The translations under genes and the position numbers were made by a program. A stretch of DNA of 64,000 nt from positions 5,896 through 69,895 of the forward strand of contig JAZQUT010000090.1 of assembly GCA_045631405.1 (NCBI GenBank), given 5' to 3'. The DNA comes from Acutalibacteraceae bacterium (lineage in GTDB: Bacteria > Bacillota > Clostridia > Oscillospirales > Acutalibacteraceae). Of this stretch, positions 1 through 7,827 are shown in pieces (the first letter of the stretch is position 1; each line of letters starts with the position of its first letter). The notes beneath the pieces were generated by a model, which was not told where the DNA came from, made no database searches, and was given only the letters and a program-made list of their open reading frames with translations.

Positions 1-471
1 TAGATCGAATGGAATTTCAATAGTGTTTACTCCACTCAAAACGATAATGACCAACCCGTACAGCATAAGTGCAAGAGACAATATGCTATCAAAAACTATT
101 GCATTTGTTGTTTGCTTTAAAACTTTCTTTGCTATAGTTTTTTGGTTTGGGTCATTTACAGCTGAATAATCCTGAGCCGTCAGTATACTGAGTATAGCAA
201 AAAGCATAGATAATATAATCCCTAAAACAACACTCAACTCAGAATAAAAACGGTCTCCGGCTTCATAAATCATTGATAAGCCAAAAGAAAAAGCTAGTGG
301 AAACACATAAAAAATCAAATATTTAGATGGACAATGTTTAAATACCCTTAAATGTTCACATACAGTTTCTCTTATATTGAAAAACGCTTCTCTTTTCCTT
401 ATCAAACTGATGAAAAGCAAGAAGGCAGAGACTACAACAAGCACTAATCCAATTATAGTTTTCTTTTCCAT
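1..471 (-). CDS. Multi-pass membrane protein, N-terminal 157 aa only (C-terminus lies beyond the window edge)
   Basis: My own minus-strand translation from the ATG at 471-469 gives MEKKTIIGLVLVVSAFLLFISLIRKREAFF...LSVVLGIILSMLFAILSILTAQDY...LALMLYGLVIIVLSGV. There are four hydrophobic segments of about 20 aa, and the frame stays open to position 1. The start lies 1 nt after the stop (475-473) of the upstream ORF. It is absent from the ORF track because there is no stop codon inside the window. Confidence 0.6.
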   Translation of the reverse strand, partial: MEKKTIIGLVLVVVSAFLLFISLIRKREAFFNIRETVCEHLRVFKHCPSKYLIFYVFPLAFSFGLSMIYEAGDRFYSELSVVLGIILSMLFAILSILTAQDYSAVNDPNQKTIAKKVLKQTTNAIVFDSILSLALMLYGLVIIVLSGVNTIEIPFDL

Positions 472-472
472 T

Positions 473-1447
473 TTATACCTCAATATCTTCTGTAAAAATC
501 ATTTTTGTTTTATATGCATTAGCTGTTTCAATCATATGCTTTATCAATTCCTCTTTATTATAGTGTCCGTTGTTATAAACTGTTTCTGGAAAATCTTCAA
601 TAACACTAAACTTATCAATATTACTTAATGATGCTGTCCTTGCACGGCCACCTAAATCAAAATGAACTTTTATATCATCATATTCTTCTCCCTCTATTTC
701 ATACACACCAGATTTATCCATATTCTCAAAAAAAGCAAGGAGTTTTTGAAGCCATTTTGGTTGCAGTTTAGGTCTAATAAAAGACTTTTCTTCTCGTCCT
801 GAGCTAATAAGTATATTATCAGCATCATTCGGTGATATTGTATCTTTAATAAGAGTAATCTTATTTAGTCCGCCATCATCAATTAGTTTTTCTATTAACG
901 CACGAACAGATACACTTCTGGTGTCTATAGACAAACCAATATCCTTTATAAAACTCTTCAACCTATCAACCGTGATACTTTTCACACCATAAGTAGCAAT
1001 TGTCTGGAATATTAAAATGCCTTTTATTACCGAAACATCGCCAACGTCTTTGGGAACAAAAACCAAAACATTAAACTTTTTATTATCTGCTACATGTGTA
1101 TCTCTATGAAAAAGGACTTCATTTGTATTACTGTCTGTCAAATCTGATTCTATACCATAAGCACCCGATATTATTGTGAAACTCATTGTTCTATACACAT
1201 CAGTATTGATATATTTTACAGAATCCTTCTCTATAGAAAATGTTTTTAATTTTTTCTCATCATTTGCATTCACATAATTACTTTTACAAAACGCATCAAA
1301 GATTTCAAACACATCTGAAAAAGAAACAACAACATTATCTTTTGTAAAATCATATCTTGTGTTTAATTTGAATAGATCTTCGTTTTTTCCTCTTGAGTAA
1401 CGTTTTTTCAAGAAAAAGCTACATATCATCATACCGCTATTTATCAT
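473..1447 (-). CDS. Hypothetical soluble protein, 324 aa, no family recognised
   Basis: Long ORF in an AT-rich block. An RBS-like GGAGATAAAC precedes the ATG at 1447. I could not identify any catalytic motif. It is tightly coupled to the downstream 4-TM ORF. Confidence 0.65.
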   Translation of the reverse strand: MINSGMMICSFFLKKRYSRGKNEDLFKLNTRYDFTKDNVVVSFSDVFEIFDAFCKSNYVNANDEKKLKTFSIEKDSVKYINTDVYRTMSFTIISGAYGIESDLTDSNTNEVLFHRDTHVADNKKFNVLVFVPKDVGDVSVIKGILIFQTIATYGVKSITVDRLKSFIKDIGLSIDTRSVSVRALIEKLIDDGGLNKITLIKDTISPNDADNILISSGREEKSFIRPKLQPKWLQKLLAFFENMDKSGVYEIEGEEYDDIKVHFDLGGRARTASLSNIDKFSVIEDFPETVYNNGHYNKEELIKHMIETANAYKTKMIFTEDIEV

Positions 1448-1595
1448 AGTTTATCTCCTTTTGTTTGTATTGCAAAATTACCATTTCGCTCACTTATATA
1501 TGACAAAAAACGACAAATATTTCACATATATTTTCATTTTTTGAAAAAATCAGCAAATTGCACAAAACACACGCCGTTGATTCAACAAATACAAC

Positions 1596-1629
1596 AAAGC
1601 CCGTGATAAAGTTATTTATCACGGGCTTT
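1596..1629. terminator. Stem-loop terminator after the NUDIX gene
   Basis: AAAGCCCGTGATAA (1596-1609) pairs perfectly with TTATCACGGGCTTT (1616-1629). The flanks are T-rich on the minus strand. Confidence 0.6.
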
Positions 1630-1653
1630 GTTTCTAAAATCATTTAACTAGTG

Positions 1654-2037
1654 TTATTTTAAATTATTAATTTTCTTCAATATATCCTTATCTGCTGGGC
1701 AGAAATTGTAATCCGGGATTTCGGATGGGGTTATCCATTTCAAGTCGTTGTGTTCTAAAAGTTCAGGAACACCTTCGGATATTTCGGCATTGAACAGTGT
1801 CAAATGCACAGTGATATCGGGATATTCGTGAACAACCTCGGTGAAAACATCACCAACAGAAAGAGTAATATTCAACTCCTCACGGCACTCACGTATGAGT
1901 GCTTGTTCTTTTGTCTCCCCTGGTTCAACCTTACCACCAACGAACTCCCACAACAAAGCACACGACTTTGTCGCAGGTCGTTGGCATATCATAAACTTAT
2001 CCTTGTCCCATATCAAAGCTGCCACAACTTCGGTCAT
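1654..2037 (-). CDS. NUDIX hydrolase, MutT/NudG-like (d)NTP pyrophosphohydrolase
   Basis: Nudix box GGKVEPGETKEQALIRECREELNI (GX5EX7REUXEEXGU). The 127-aa size matches the MutT/NudG class. The start overlaps the upstream stop as TAATG. Confidence 0.85.
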   Translation of the reverse strand: MTEVVAALIWDKDKFMICQRPATKSCALLWEFVGGKVEPGETKEQALIRECREELNITLSVGDVFTEVVHEYPDITVHLTLFNAEISEGVPELLEHNDLKWITPSEIPDYNFCPADKDILKKINNLK

Positions 2038-2357
2038 TATTTATACACGACCTCTTTAAGTAATATTTTTTCAGCAAACCCGCCTCTTTCGTGTTGCTTT
2101 TCAATACGAACACTTTCAAGTTCGTTGAAACTGACACCTTTAGCCTTTGCAATCGCATATATTACCTCTAAGAGGTCTGCCAATTCTTCGATATTCTTAT
2201 CCTTATGAAACTCTGCGAGTTCTTCATCCAGTTTTAATTCAAGTTTTTCAAGATACTGAAAATCACTCAAAATCTCAACTGTACAGTCCTGACCATTTGA
2301 TTTTATGATTTCAGGAATCTTATCTCTAACCAACTTATTATATTTTATGGTTTTCAT
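2037..2357 (-). CDS. MazG-like all-alpha nucleoside triphosphate pyrophosphohydrolase (house-cleaning type)
   Basis: The N-terminal KLVRDKIPEII signature and the acidic helices EELAEF...EELADLLEV are typical of small MazG/PRA-PH-like NTP pyrophosphohydrolases. Confidence 0.7.
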   Translation of the reverse strand: MKTIKYNKLVRDKIPEIIKSNGQDCTVEILSDFQYLEKLELKLDEELAEFHKDKNIEELADLLEVIYAIAKAKGVSFNELESVRIEKQHERGGFAEKILLKEVVYK

Positions 2358-2369
2358 TGTTTTTCCTTC

Positions 2370-4175
2370 TTATTTAAATTTTCTGATAGTCTCCATAAAC
2401 GCCTCGCCGTAACGTTTGTATTTCACTTCACCCACACCAGATACATCTAAGAATTCATCCTTGGTTATGGGTTTTCTTCTGCTCATATCTATAAGAGTTG
2501 CATCACTAAACACCACAAATGCAGGTACACTTGCTTTTTGTGCAAGATCTTTTCTGACTAGTTTTAGTGCTGCTAAAAGTTTACTATCAACATCAGGAAG
2601 ATTTTTATCCTTGTGTCGTTTATTTTGCTCTTTTGCCATTTTAATGACGACCCTTTCATCACCATAAAGCACATTCTGACTTTTGGGTAAAACCTTAAGT
2701 ATAGAATATTGGTCAAGAGAGCTTTCCAGATAGCCTAATCTTACCAGACCATCCACTATATCATAAACTTCTTTCTTGGTATAATCGGGCATAATGCCAT
2801 AAGTGGATTGTGTCTCTAAGCCTGCCTCAAAAAGCTTTTGAGTACTTCTTCCTCTGAGCACATCAGCAATCATTCTCTTGCCATATTTCTGACCGGTTTT
2901 GATAACACAGGACATTATTTTTTGAGCATCCACAGTTACATCAACCGACTCAAAATATGTGAGACAATTCGCACATTTACCGCAATAGCTACTACTTGTA
3001 TCGCCGAAATAATCAAGAATAAAGCTACGAAGACAGTTTCTTGTATTGCAATATTGGACCATGCAATTTAAACGTTCATATTGACGGACCTTAAGAATTT
3101 CTCTTTCTTGGTCGGTAAGTTCTTCGTTCTCATTTGAATTCTCGATAAAATATTTTATTGTTCTTATATCTTTTGCACCATAAAGCAATATGCAGTCAGC
3201 ATCACTACCATCGCGACCTGCCCTACCCGCTTCCTGATAATAGCTTTCAAGGTCGCCGGGCATATTATAATGAATAACAAAAGAAACGTCAGACTTATCA
3301 ATACCCATACCAAAAGCATTAGTAGCAACTATTATCTGCTTACGGTCATAAACAAAGTCATCTTGATTCTGTCGTCTTTCGAAATCTTCTAAGCCAGCAT
3401 GATAGCGAGTAGCAGAGAAATTGTTATCGTTAAGAAGATCGCAAACCTCTTCAACCGCTTTTCTAGTGGAGCAATAAACAATACCAGACCTGTCCCTACG
3501 CTCATTTAAAAGCATCAGTAGTTGTCCATCTTTATCAGATGGTTCTATAACAGAAAAATACAAATTAGGTCTATCAAAGCCCGTTGTGACCTCTACAGGT
3601 TCTTTTAATTGGAGCAATTCCAATATATCTTTTTTCACCTCAGTTGTTGCTGTTGCAGTAAATGCACCAACAACAGGACGTTCATCAAAGCTTTCAATAA
3701 ATTCGGCAATTTTCAGATAACTTGGTCTGAAATCAGGTCCCCACTGAGAAACACAGTGAGCCTCATCAATAGCTACCAAAGAAATATCTGAGCAAAAACA
3801 AAACTTTTTAAACTCCCATGTTTGCAAACGTTCAGGGGCGACATATATAATTTTATATTTTCCTTTTCGTGCATACTCTAATGCCTTACTAACCTGGTGT
3901 GGCTCAAGAGAAGAATTGATATATGCCGCAGGTATCCCCATCTGTTTCAATGCAGCAACCTGATCCTTCATAAGCGAAATCAAAGGAGATATAACGAGAG
4001 TAATACCGGGAAGCATCAGTGCAGGAATCTGATAACAAACAGATTTACCCGCACCCGTAGGCATAACAGCTAAAACATCACGACCAATAGTAAGGCTGTC
4101 AATTATCTCTTCCTGTCCATTACGAAACGAGCTATGCCCAAAATATTTCTTTAATATTTCATATTTACCGCTCAT
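2370..4175 (-). CDS. recQ: ATP-dependent DNA helicase RecQ
   Basis: FRNGQEEII, MPTGAGKSVCYQIPAL (Walker A), DEAHCVSQWGPDFRP (DEAH box), RAGRDG, the Zn-finger CGKCANC, and a C-terminal HRDC-like region. I prefer the ATG at 4175, which has a GAGGA RBS, over the ORF-track start at 4187. Confidence 0.93.
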   Translation of the reverse strand: MSGKYEILKKYFGHSSFRNGQEEIIDSLTIGRDVLAVMPTGAGKSVCYQIPALMLPGITLVISPLISLMKDQVAALKQMGIPAAYINSSLEPHQVSKALEYARKGKYKIIYVAPERLQTWEFKKFCFCSDISLVAIDEAHCVSQWGPDFRPSYLKIAEFIESFDERPVVGAFTATATTEVKKDILELLQLKEPVEVTTGFDRPNLYFSVIEPSDKDGQLLMLLNERRDRSGIVYCSTRKAVEEVCDLLNDNNFSATRYHAGLEDFERRQNQDDFVYDRKQIIVATNAFGMGIDKSDVSFVIHYNMPGDLESYYQEAGRAGRDGSDADCILLYGAKDIRTIKYFIENSNENEELTDQEREILKVRQYERLNCMVQYCNTRNCLRSFILDYFGDTSSSYCGKCANCLTYFESVDVTVDAQKIMSCVIKTGQKYGKRMIADVLRGRSTQKLFEAGLETQSTYGIMPDYTKKEVYDIVDGLVRLGYLESSLDQYSILKVLPKSQNVLYGDERVVIKMAKEQNKRHKDKNLPDVDSKLLAALKLVRKDLAQKASVPAFVVFSDATLIDMSRRKPITKDEFLDVSGVGEVKYKRYGEAFMETIRKFK

Positions 4176-4194
4176 ATATATCCTCATTTCGATG

Positions 4195-4350
4195 TTATTT
4201 CACAATCTTTTTAATCTTCTCAAAAGTAACTCTAGGGCGCTTTTGGAAATTTTCTATCGGTACTTCATCAATAATCTGACCGGCAATATTCATAATTGTG
4301 AATTTGCCGTTGAGAGTTGTAATCGAGAATTGGTCGTTAACCTTAAACAC
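4195..4350 (-). CDS. Possible small protein (51 aa, GTG start), unknown function
   Basis: My own translation gives (M)FKVNDQFSITTLNGKFTIMNIAGQIIDEVPIENFQKRPRVTFEKIKKIVK. GGAG sits 5 nt upstream of the GTG. The ORF fills the gap between the methyltransferase stop and the recQ start on the same strand. Confidence 0.3.
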   Translation of the reverse strand: MFKVNDQFSITTLNGKFTIMNIAGQIIDEVPIENFQKRPRVTFEKIKKIVK

Positions 4351-4361
4351 TTTTTCTCCAC

Positions 4362-5306
4362 CTATAACACCTTCATAATTTCTTCCGCAATCCTTCTAAT
4401 AACCGGCACAACAACACTATTCCCACACTGCTTATAAGCACTTGCCATTGGGATTTTAGGAAATCTAAAATCCTTTGGAAAACCTTGTAATGCAAGGCAT
4501 TCATACGGTGTGATTTTCCTTATACCATAATCATCGAGGATGATAGGTACTCTATCGGGAAATGTACCCATATTAGCAAGAAGAGTAGGACAAACATAAT
4601 GTTTCTTTTTTGAAACACCACTATCATTAATTTTATATATCGCTTTTTTATCAATTACGATAGATTTTAAAGAGTCGTAATAAAAGCTATTATCGCTATA
4701 GTAGTAACAACTGCTGTGTTTTACGCTACGATCTATAATATCTTCGAGCTTGGTATCAAGTTTGATTTTATCAGGGAAAACAAACCTTTCACATTTCTCA
4801 TTGTTTAAAAATGCTACCAAAAAAATTCTTGGTCTATGTTGAGGTATATTTCCATACTCAAGTGAATCCATTACACGATACTTTATGGTATATCCGTGAG
4901 GAGCCAAAGCATTATATACTGTTAAAAATGTGTTCCCGTCGTCATGCTCAATTAAGTTTGCAACATTTTCAAGAAATACAACTTCAGGCTTTTTTTGAGA
5001 AACAATACGTGATATCTCAAAAAACAATCCCCCTCTTGGATCAGAAAAACCTTTTTGTCTTCCTGCCAACGAAAATGGTTGGCAAGGAAAACCTGCAACT
5101 AACACATCAAAATCAGGTATTTCGTCAACATCGACTTTGCGTATATCTTTTTCAACTAGGTGCTCTGAACCAAAATTATGACGATATGTAGCTGCTGCAT
5201 CTTTATCGAACTCATTAGCCCATACGATATCAAACCCAGCTTGTTGAAAACCGAGGTCAATACCACCTATGCCACTAAACAGACTACAAACTCTCATAAC
5301 GCACAT
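4362..5306 (-). CDS. DNA (cytosine-5)-methyltransferase (M1)
   Basis: C5-MTase motifs in order: I FSGIGG, IV GFPCQPFS, VI ENVANL, VIII QHRPRIFLVAF, IX RKITPYECLALQGFP, X QCGNSVVVPV. The start is ambiguous (GTG 5309, ATG 5306 or ATG 5297). Confidence 0.93.
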   Translation of the reverse strand: MCVMRVCSLFSGIGGIDLGFQQAGFDIVWANEFDKDAAATYRHNFGSEHLVEKDIRKVDVDEIPDFDVLVAGFPCQPFSLAGRQKGFSDPRGGLFFEISRIVSQKKPEVVFLENVANLIEHDDGNTFLTVYNALAPHGYTIKYRVMDSLEYGNIPQHRPRIFLVAFLNNEKCERFVFPDKIKLDTKLEDIIDRSVKHSSCYYYSDNSFYYDSLKSIVIDKKAIYKINDSGVSKKKHYVCPTLLANMGTFPDRVPIILDDYGIRKITPYECLALQGFPKDFRFPKIPMASAYKQCGNSVVVPVIRRIAEEIMKVL

Positions 5307-5462
5307 CACACAACTATAATTTCTACTGTATTTTTAGTATATCACTTCATATCAAAACTCGCAACCCTGTCACTAAAATTTTGCCCTACAACTTACCACA
5401 AGAGACTTCTTTTGAAGCTACAAAAAACTTATAAAAGCTATATTAAAATTACTATAAACACC

Positions 5463-5491
5463 TTGACTCAAGACTGAAATTAGATTAAAAT
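5463..5491 (+). promoter_or_regulatory. Sigma-A-type promoter for the abrB-like/M2/M3 operon
   Basis: TTGACT (5463-5468), a 17-nt spacer, then TAAAAT (5486-5491). It lies about 30 nt upstream of the ATG at 5523. Confidence 0.5.
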
Positions 5492-5509
5492 TAGTCTAGC
5501 GACAGTCTA
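5465..5509. promoter_or_regulatory. Candidate operator: GACT/AGACT ... AGTCT/AGTCT repeat set straddling the promoter
   Basis: GACT 5465-5468 and AGACT 5471-5475 face AGTCT(A) 5493-5498 and 5504-5509. The two right-hand copies are 11 bp apart. The set is roughly symmetric about the -10 box. Confidence 0.3.
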
Positions 5510-5522
5510 AAGGAGAATGGTC

Positions 5523-5732
5523 ATGTCTGATAATAAATTAATATATTTGGATACATATGTTTTACAACAGGATATGAGAATTAGAATGCCAAAAAGTATT
5601 TTAGAAAACCTCAATCTTGAAAAGGGCAAAAGCAAGTTCAAAATCTATTATGATAAAGTGAACACACAATTAGTTTTAAAAGTTGAAGATGATGAACAAG
5701 ATTCAGTAACCCCGAATGATGAGAGGAAATAA
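5523..5732 (+). CDS. AbrB/SpoVT-type (swapped-hairpin) small DNA-binding protein; putative R-M controller
   Basis: RIRMPKSILENLNLEKGKSKFKIYYDKVNTQLVLK fits the AbrB/MazE pattern '(R)v.iPk.i...l.l..Gd.v.i......i.l.p'. AAGGAG lies 7 nt upstream of the ATG at 5523. The gene sits immediately upstream of two MTase genes. Confidence 0.6.
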   Translation: MSDNKLIYLDTYVLQQDMRIRMPKSILENLNLEKGKSKFKIYYDKVNTQLVLKVEDDEQDSVTPNDERK

Positions 5733-5736
5733 ACAA

Positions 5737-6822
5737 ATGACAAATACAATAAAAGTTGTTTCATTGTTTTCTGGTATAGGTGGTTTTGAAGTTGGTTTAA
5801 AAAAATCAAAAATCAAATCTAAAGTGGTATTCGCTTCAGAAATTGATAACTTCGCTCAAAAATCATATACAGCTAATTTTTCTGCAAACTCATTGTTCGG
5901 TGATATCACTAAAATAGATGAAAAAACTATACCTGACCACGATTTATTGTTGGCTGGCTTTCCATGCCAATCATTTAGTATCGCAGGAAAACAAAAAGGA
6001 TTTGACGATATTAGAGGAACCTTGTTTTTCGATGTAGCAAGAATTCTTTCTGAGAAGAAGCCCAAATTCGTTTTGCTTGAAAATGTAAAAAATTTGATTA
6101 GCCACGATAAGACTGCGACAATCACAACCATTCTAAAGACGCTTAACAACATTGGTTATACCGTTGATTTTACAATCATTAATTCTGTCGAAGCTGGTGT
6201 CCCACAAAACAGAGATAGGACCTACATTTTGGGCGTATACAACGGCGAAAAAGAAAAGTTCCAAGACGATATTAGAAATTCAAAAATAACACAATTAAAG
6301 CAATTATTAAACAAAGAGAATTTCTGTGGATTTAATTTCTTTAACAAAGTACAATTTAATAACAAGCAAAAATTCATAAAAGATATTCTTGAAATAGAGG
6401 TTGATAAATCTTTCTTTTTTGACACACCCAAAATAAACGAATTCCTTTGCAGAAAAGAAAATTTAACACAAACAAAATGTGATGCTAAAATTATTAAGTT
6501 GTTCGATTTACCACGTGAAATACATAATGACTTAGAAAGACAACGAAGAGTTTATTCCATATTTGGTATCTCCCCTACTGTCTTAGCCAGAGCAGATTCA
6601 ACCAAAATTCTTGTTTCAACACCCGATGGGTTAAAAGTTCGAAAAATAACTGCAACTGAAAATTTTTATATACAGGGCTTTGATAAAAAGTTTGTTGACA
6701 ACATTAAAGAAACTGGTATGAGCGCTACACAAATGTATAAACAATCTGGTAATGCAGTTAGCCCACCTGTTATCACAGGAATATTGAATTGCTTATACGA
6801 GGAGCTTATAAATAATGATTAA
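5737..6822 (+). CDS. DNA (cytosine-5)-methyltransferase (M2)
   Basis: Motifs: I FSGIGG, IV GFPCQSFS, VI ENVKNL, VIII QNRDRTYILG, IX RKITATENFYIQGF, X QSGNAVSPPV. I prefer the ATG at 5737 (RBS GAGAGGAAA), just after the upstream stop. Confidence 0.93.
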   Translation: MTNTIKVVSLFSGIGGFEVGLKKSKIKSKVVFASEIDNFAQKSYTANFSANSLFGDITKIDEKTIPDHDLLLAGFPCQSFSIAGKQKGFDDIRGTLFFDVARILSEKKPKFVLLENVKNLISHDKTATITTILKTLNNIGYTVDFTIINSVEAGVPQNRDRTYILGVYNGEKEKFQDDIRNSKITQLKQLLNKENFCGFNFFNKVQFNNKQKFIKDILEIEVDKSFFFDTPKINEFLCRKENLTQTKCDAKIIKLFDLPREIHNDLERQRRVYSIFGISPTVLARADSTKILVSTPDGLKVRKITATENFYIQGFDKKFVDNIKETGMSATQMYKQSGNAVSPPVITGILNCLYEELINND

Positions 6823-7783
6823 GTTTATTGATTTATTCTGTGGTCTTGGGGGATTCAGAATTGCTTTAGAAAGTTTCGGATGCAAATGTGTTTTTTCAAG
6901 TGATATTGATAAATATGCACGAGAAACGTATAAAGACAACTTTTCAGAATATCCCACAGGTGATATCACAAAAATAGATGAAAAAGATATTCCAGACCAT
7001 GATATTCTGTGTGCTGGTTTTCCTTGTCAACCATTTAGCATAGGTGGAAAAAGGCTCGGATTTGAAGACACGAGAGGAACCCTGTTTTTTGATGTTTTAC
7101 GCATTCTTAAAGAAAAAAGGCCGAAAGTCTTCTTTTTGGAAAATGTTGCTGGATTAAGCAACCATGATGGTGGCAGAACTATTGAAACCATCATAAATTC
7201 TTTAAAGGAAATCAACTATATCCCATTTTTCAAGGTGATTAATGCGAAAGATGTTGGTTACCCACAAAACAGAGCAAGATGGTATTGTGTTGGCTTCGAT
7301 AAAGAAGTTTTCCCAAACATTAAAGAAGATTTTGTTTTTCCTTTCCCAACAAAACAAAAACTAAAATATACTGTAGATTCTTTATTGGAAGATGATTCTT
7401 CTATTGAATATACTATTTCCGATATTTGTTCCGAAAATATCCAACGACATATCGAATCATTCCAATCATCGCCTAGATATAATAATCAATTTATTCTGAT
7501 TGCAAACGAAGTTCGCAAATCAAGATGTAATTTTAGATGTGATGGCATATCTCCCTGTCTAACAGCTAAAATGGGTACAGGTGGAAACAATGTACCTATT
7601 ATCGTTGACAAAAGCAGAAAACTAACAGAACGAGAATGTCTAAGAATAATGGGTTATCCAGATTCATATAAAATAAAAGAAAACTTTTATCAAAGTTATA
7701 AACAAATCGGCAACAGCGTTATTGTACCGATAATAAAAGACATATCTAGCGAACTAGTAAAAATTCTCAAAAACAACATATAA
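6815..7783 (+). CDS. DNA (cytosine-5)-methyltransferase (M3), M.HhaI-like core
   Basis: Motifs: I FCGLGG, IV GFPCQPFS, VI ENVAGL, VIII QNRARWYCVGF, IX RKLTERECLRIMGYPDSY, X QIGNSVIVPI. From my memory of M.HhaI, the core is very similar (FIDLFAGLGGFRLALES, GDIT..NEKTIPDHDILCAGFPCQ). It overlaps M2 by 8 nt. Confidence 0.93.
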   Translation: MIKFIDLFCGLGGFRIALESFGCKCVFSSDIDKYARETYKDNFSEYPTGDITKIDEKDIPDHDILCAGFPCQPFSIGGKRLGFEDTRGTLFFDVLRILKEKRPKVFFLENVAGLSNHDGGRTIETIINSLKEINYIPFFKVINAKDVGYPQNRARWYCVGFDKEVFPNIKEDFVFPFPTKQKLKYTVDSLLEDDSSIEYTISDICSENIQRHIESFQSSPRYNNQFILIANEVRKSRCNFRCDGISPCLTAKMGTGGNNVPIIVDKSRKLTERECLRIMGYPDSYKIKENFYQSYKQIGNSVIVPIIKDISSELVKILKNNI

Positions 7784-7789
7784 AATAAA

Positions 7790-7820
7790 GGAATCAGAGT
7801 CGAAAACAACATCTGATTCC
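7790..7820. terminator. Bidirectional stem-loop between convergent M3 and the endonuclease gene
   Basis: GGAATCAGA (7790-7798) pairs with TCTGATTCC (7812-7820). The hairpin is flanked by A-runs and T-runs. Confidence 0.6.
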
Positions 7821-7827
7821 TTTTCTT

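Noticed and set aside
1-1447. Assigning the edge cassette to Kiwa or CBASS.
   Set aside because: The gene order is the reverse of canonical kwaA-kwaB, and I cannot confirm DUF4868 by eye. A CD-NTase-like G[S/G]...DxD motif is not convincingly present (SGAYGIESDLTD is a poor fit). I keep it as an unassigned candidate.
1804-2208. Numerous 60-170-aa ORFs on the strand opposite to long genes. Examples: 1804-2208+, 5856-6152-, 11639-12025+, 17459-17938-, 18053-18568-, 42067-42381-, 48850-49176-, 52522-52923-.
   Set aside because: They are fully nested antisense to ORFs with clear family motifs. Where I looked, they lack an RBS, and their translations are low-complexity (S/L/F/K-rich). I treat them as shadow ORFs.
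2370-4175. RecQ as a dedicated defence helicase.
   Set aside because: It has the complete housekeeping RecQ architecture (helicase core, Zn-finger/RQC, HRDC) and intermediate GC. Only its transcriptional linkage to M1 is unusual, and that is reported separately.
4192-4437. Plus-strand 81-aa ORF between recQ and M1.
   Set aside because: It overlaps the 3' end of the M1 methyltransferase in antisense. The minus-strand 51-aa ORF with GGAG-N5-GTG is the more plausible occupant of the gap, though still low-confidence.
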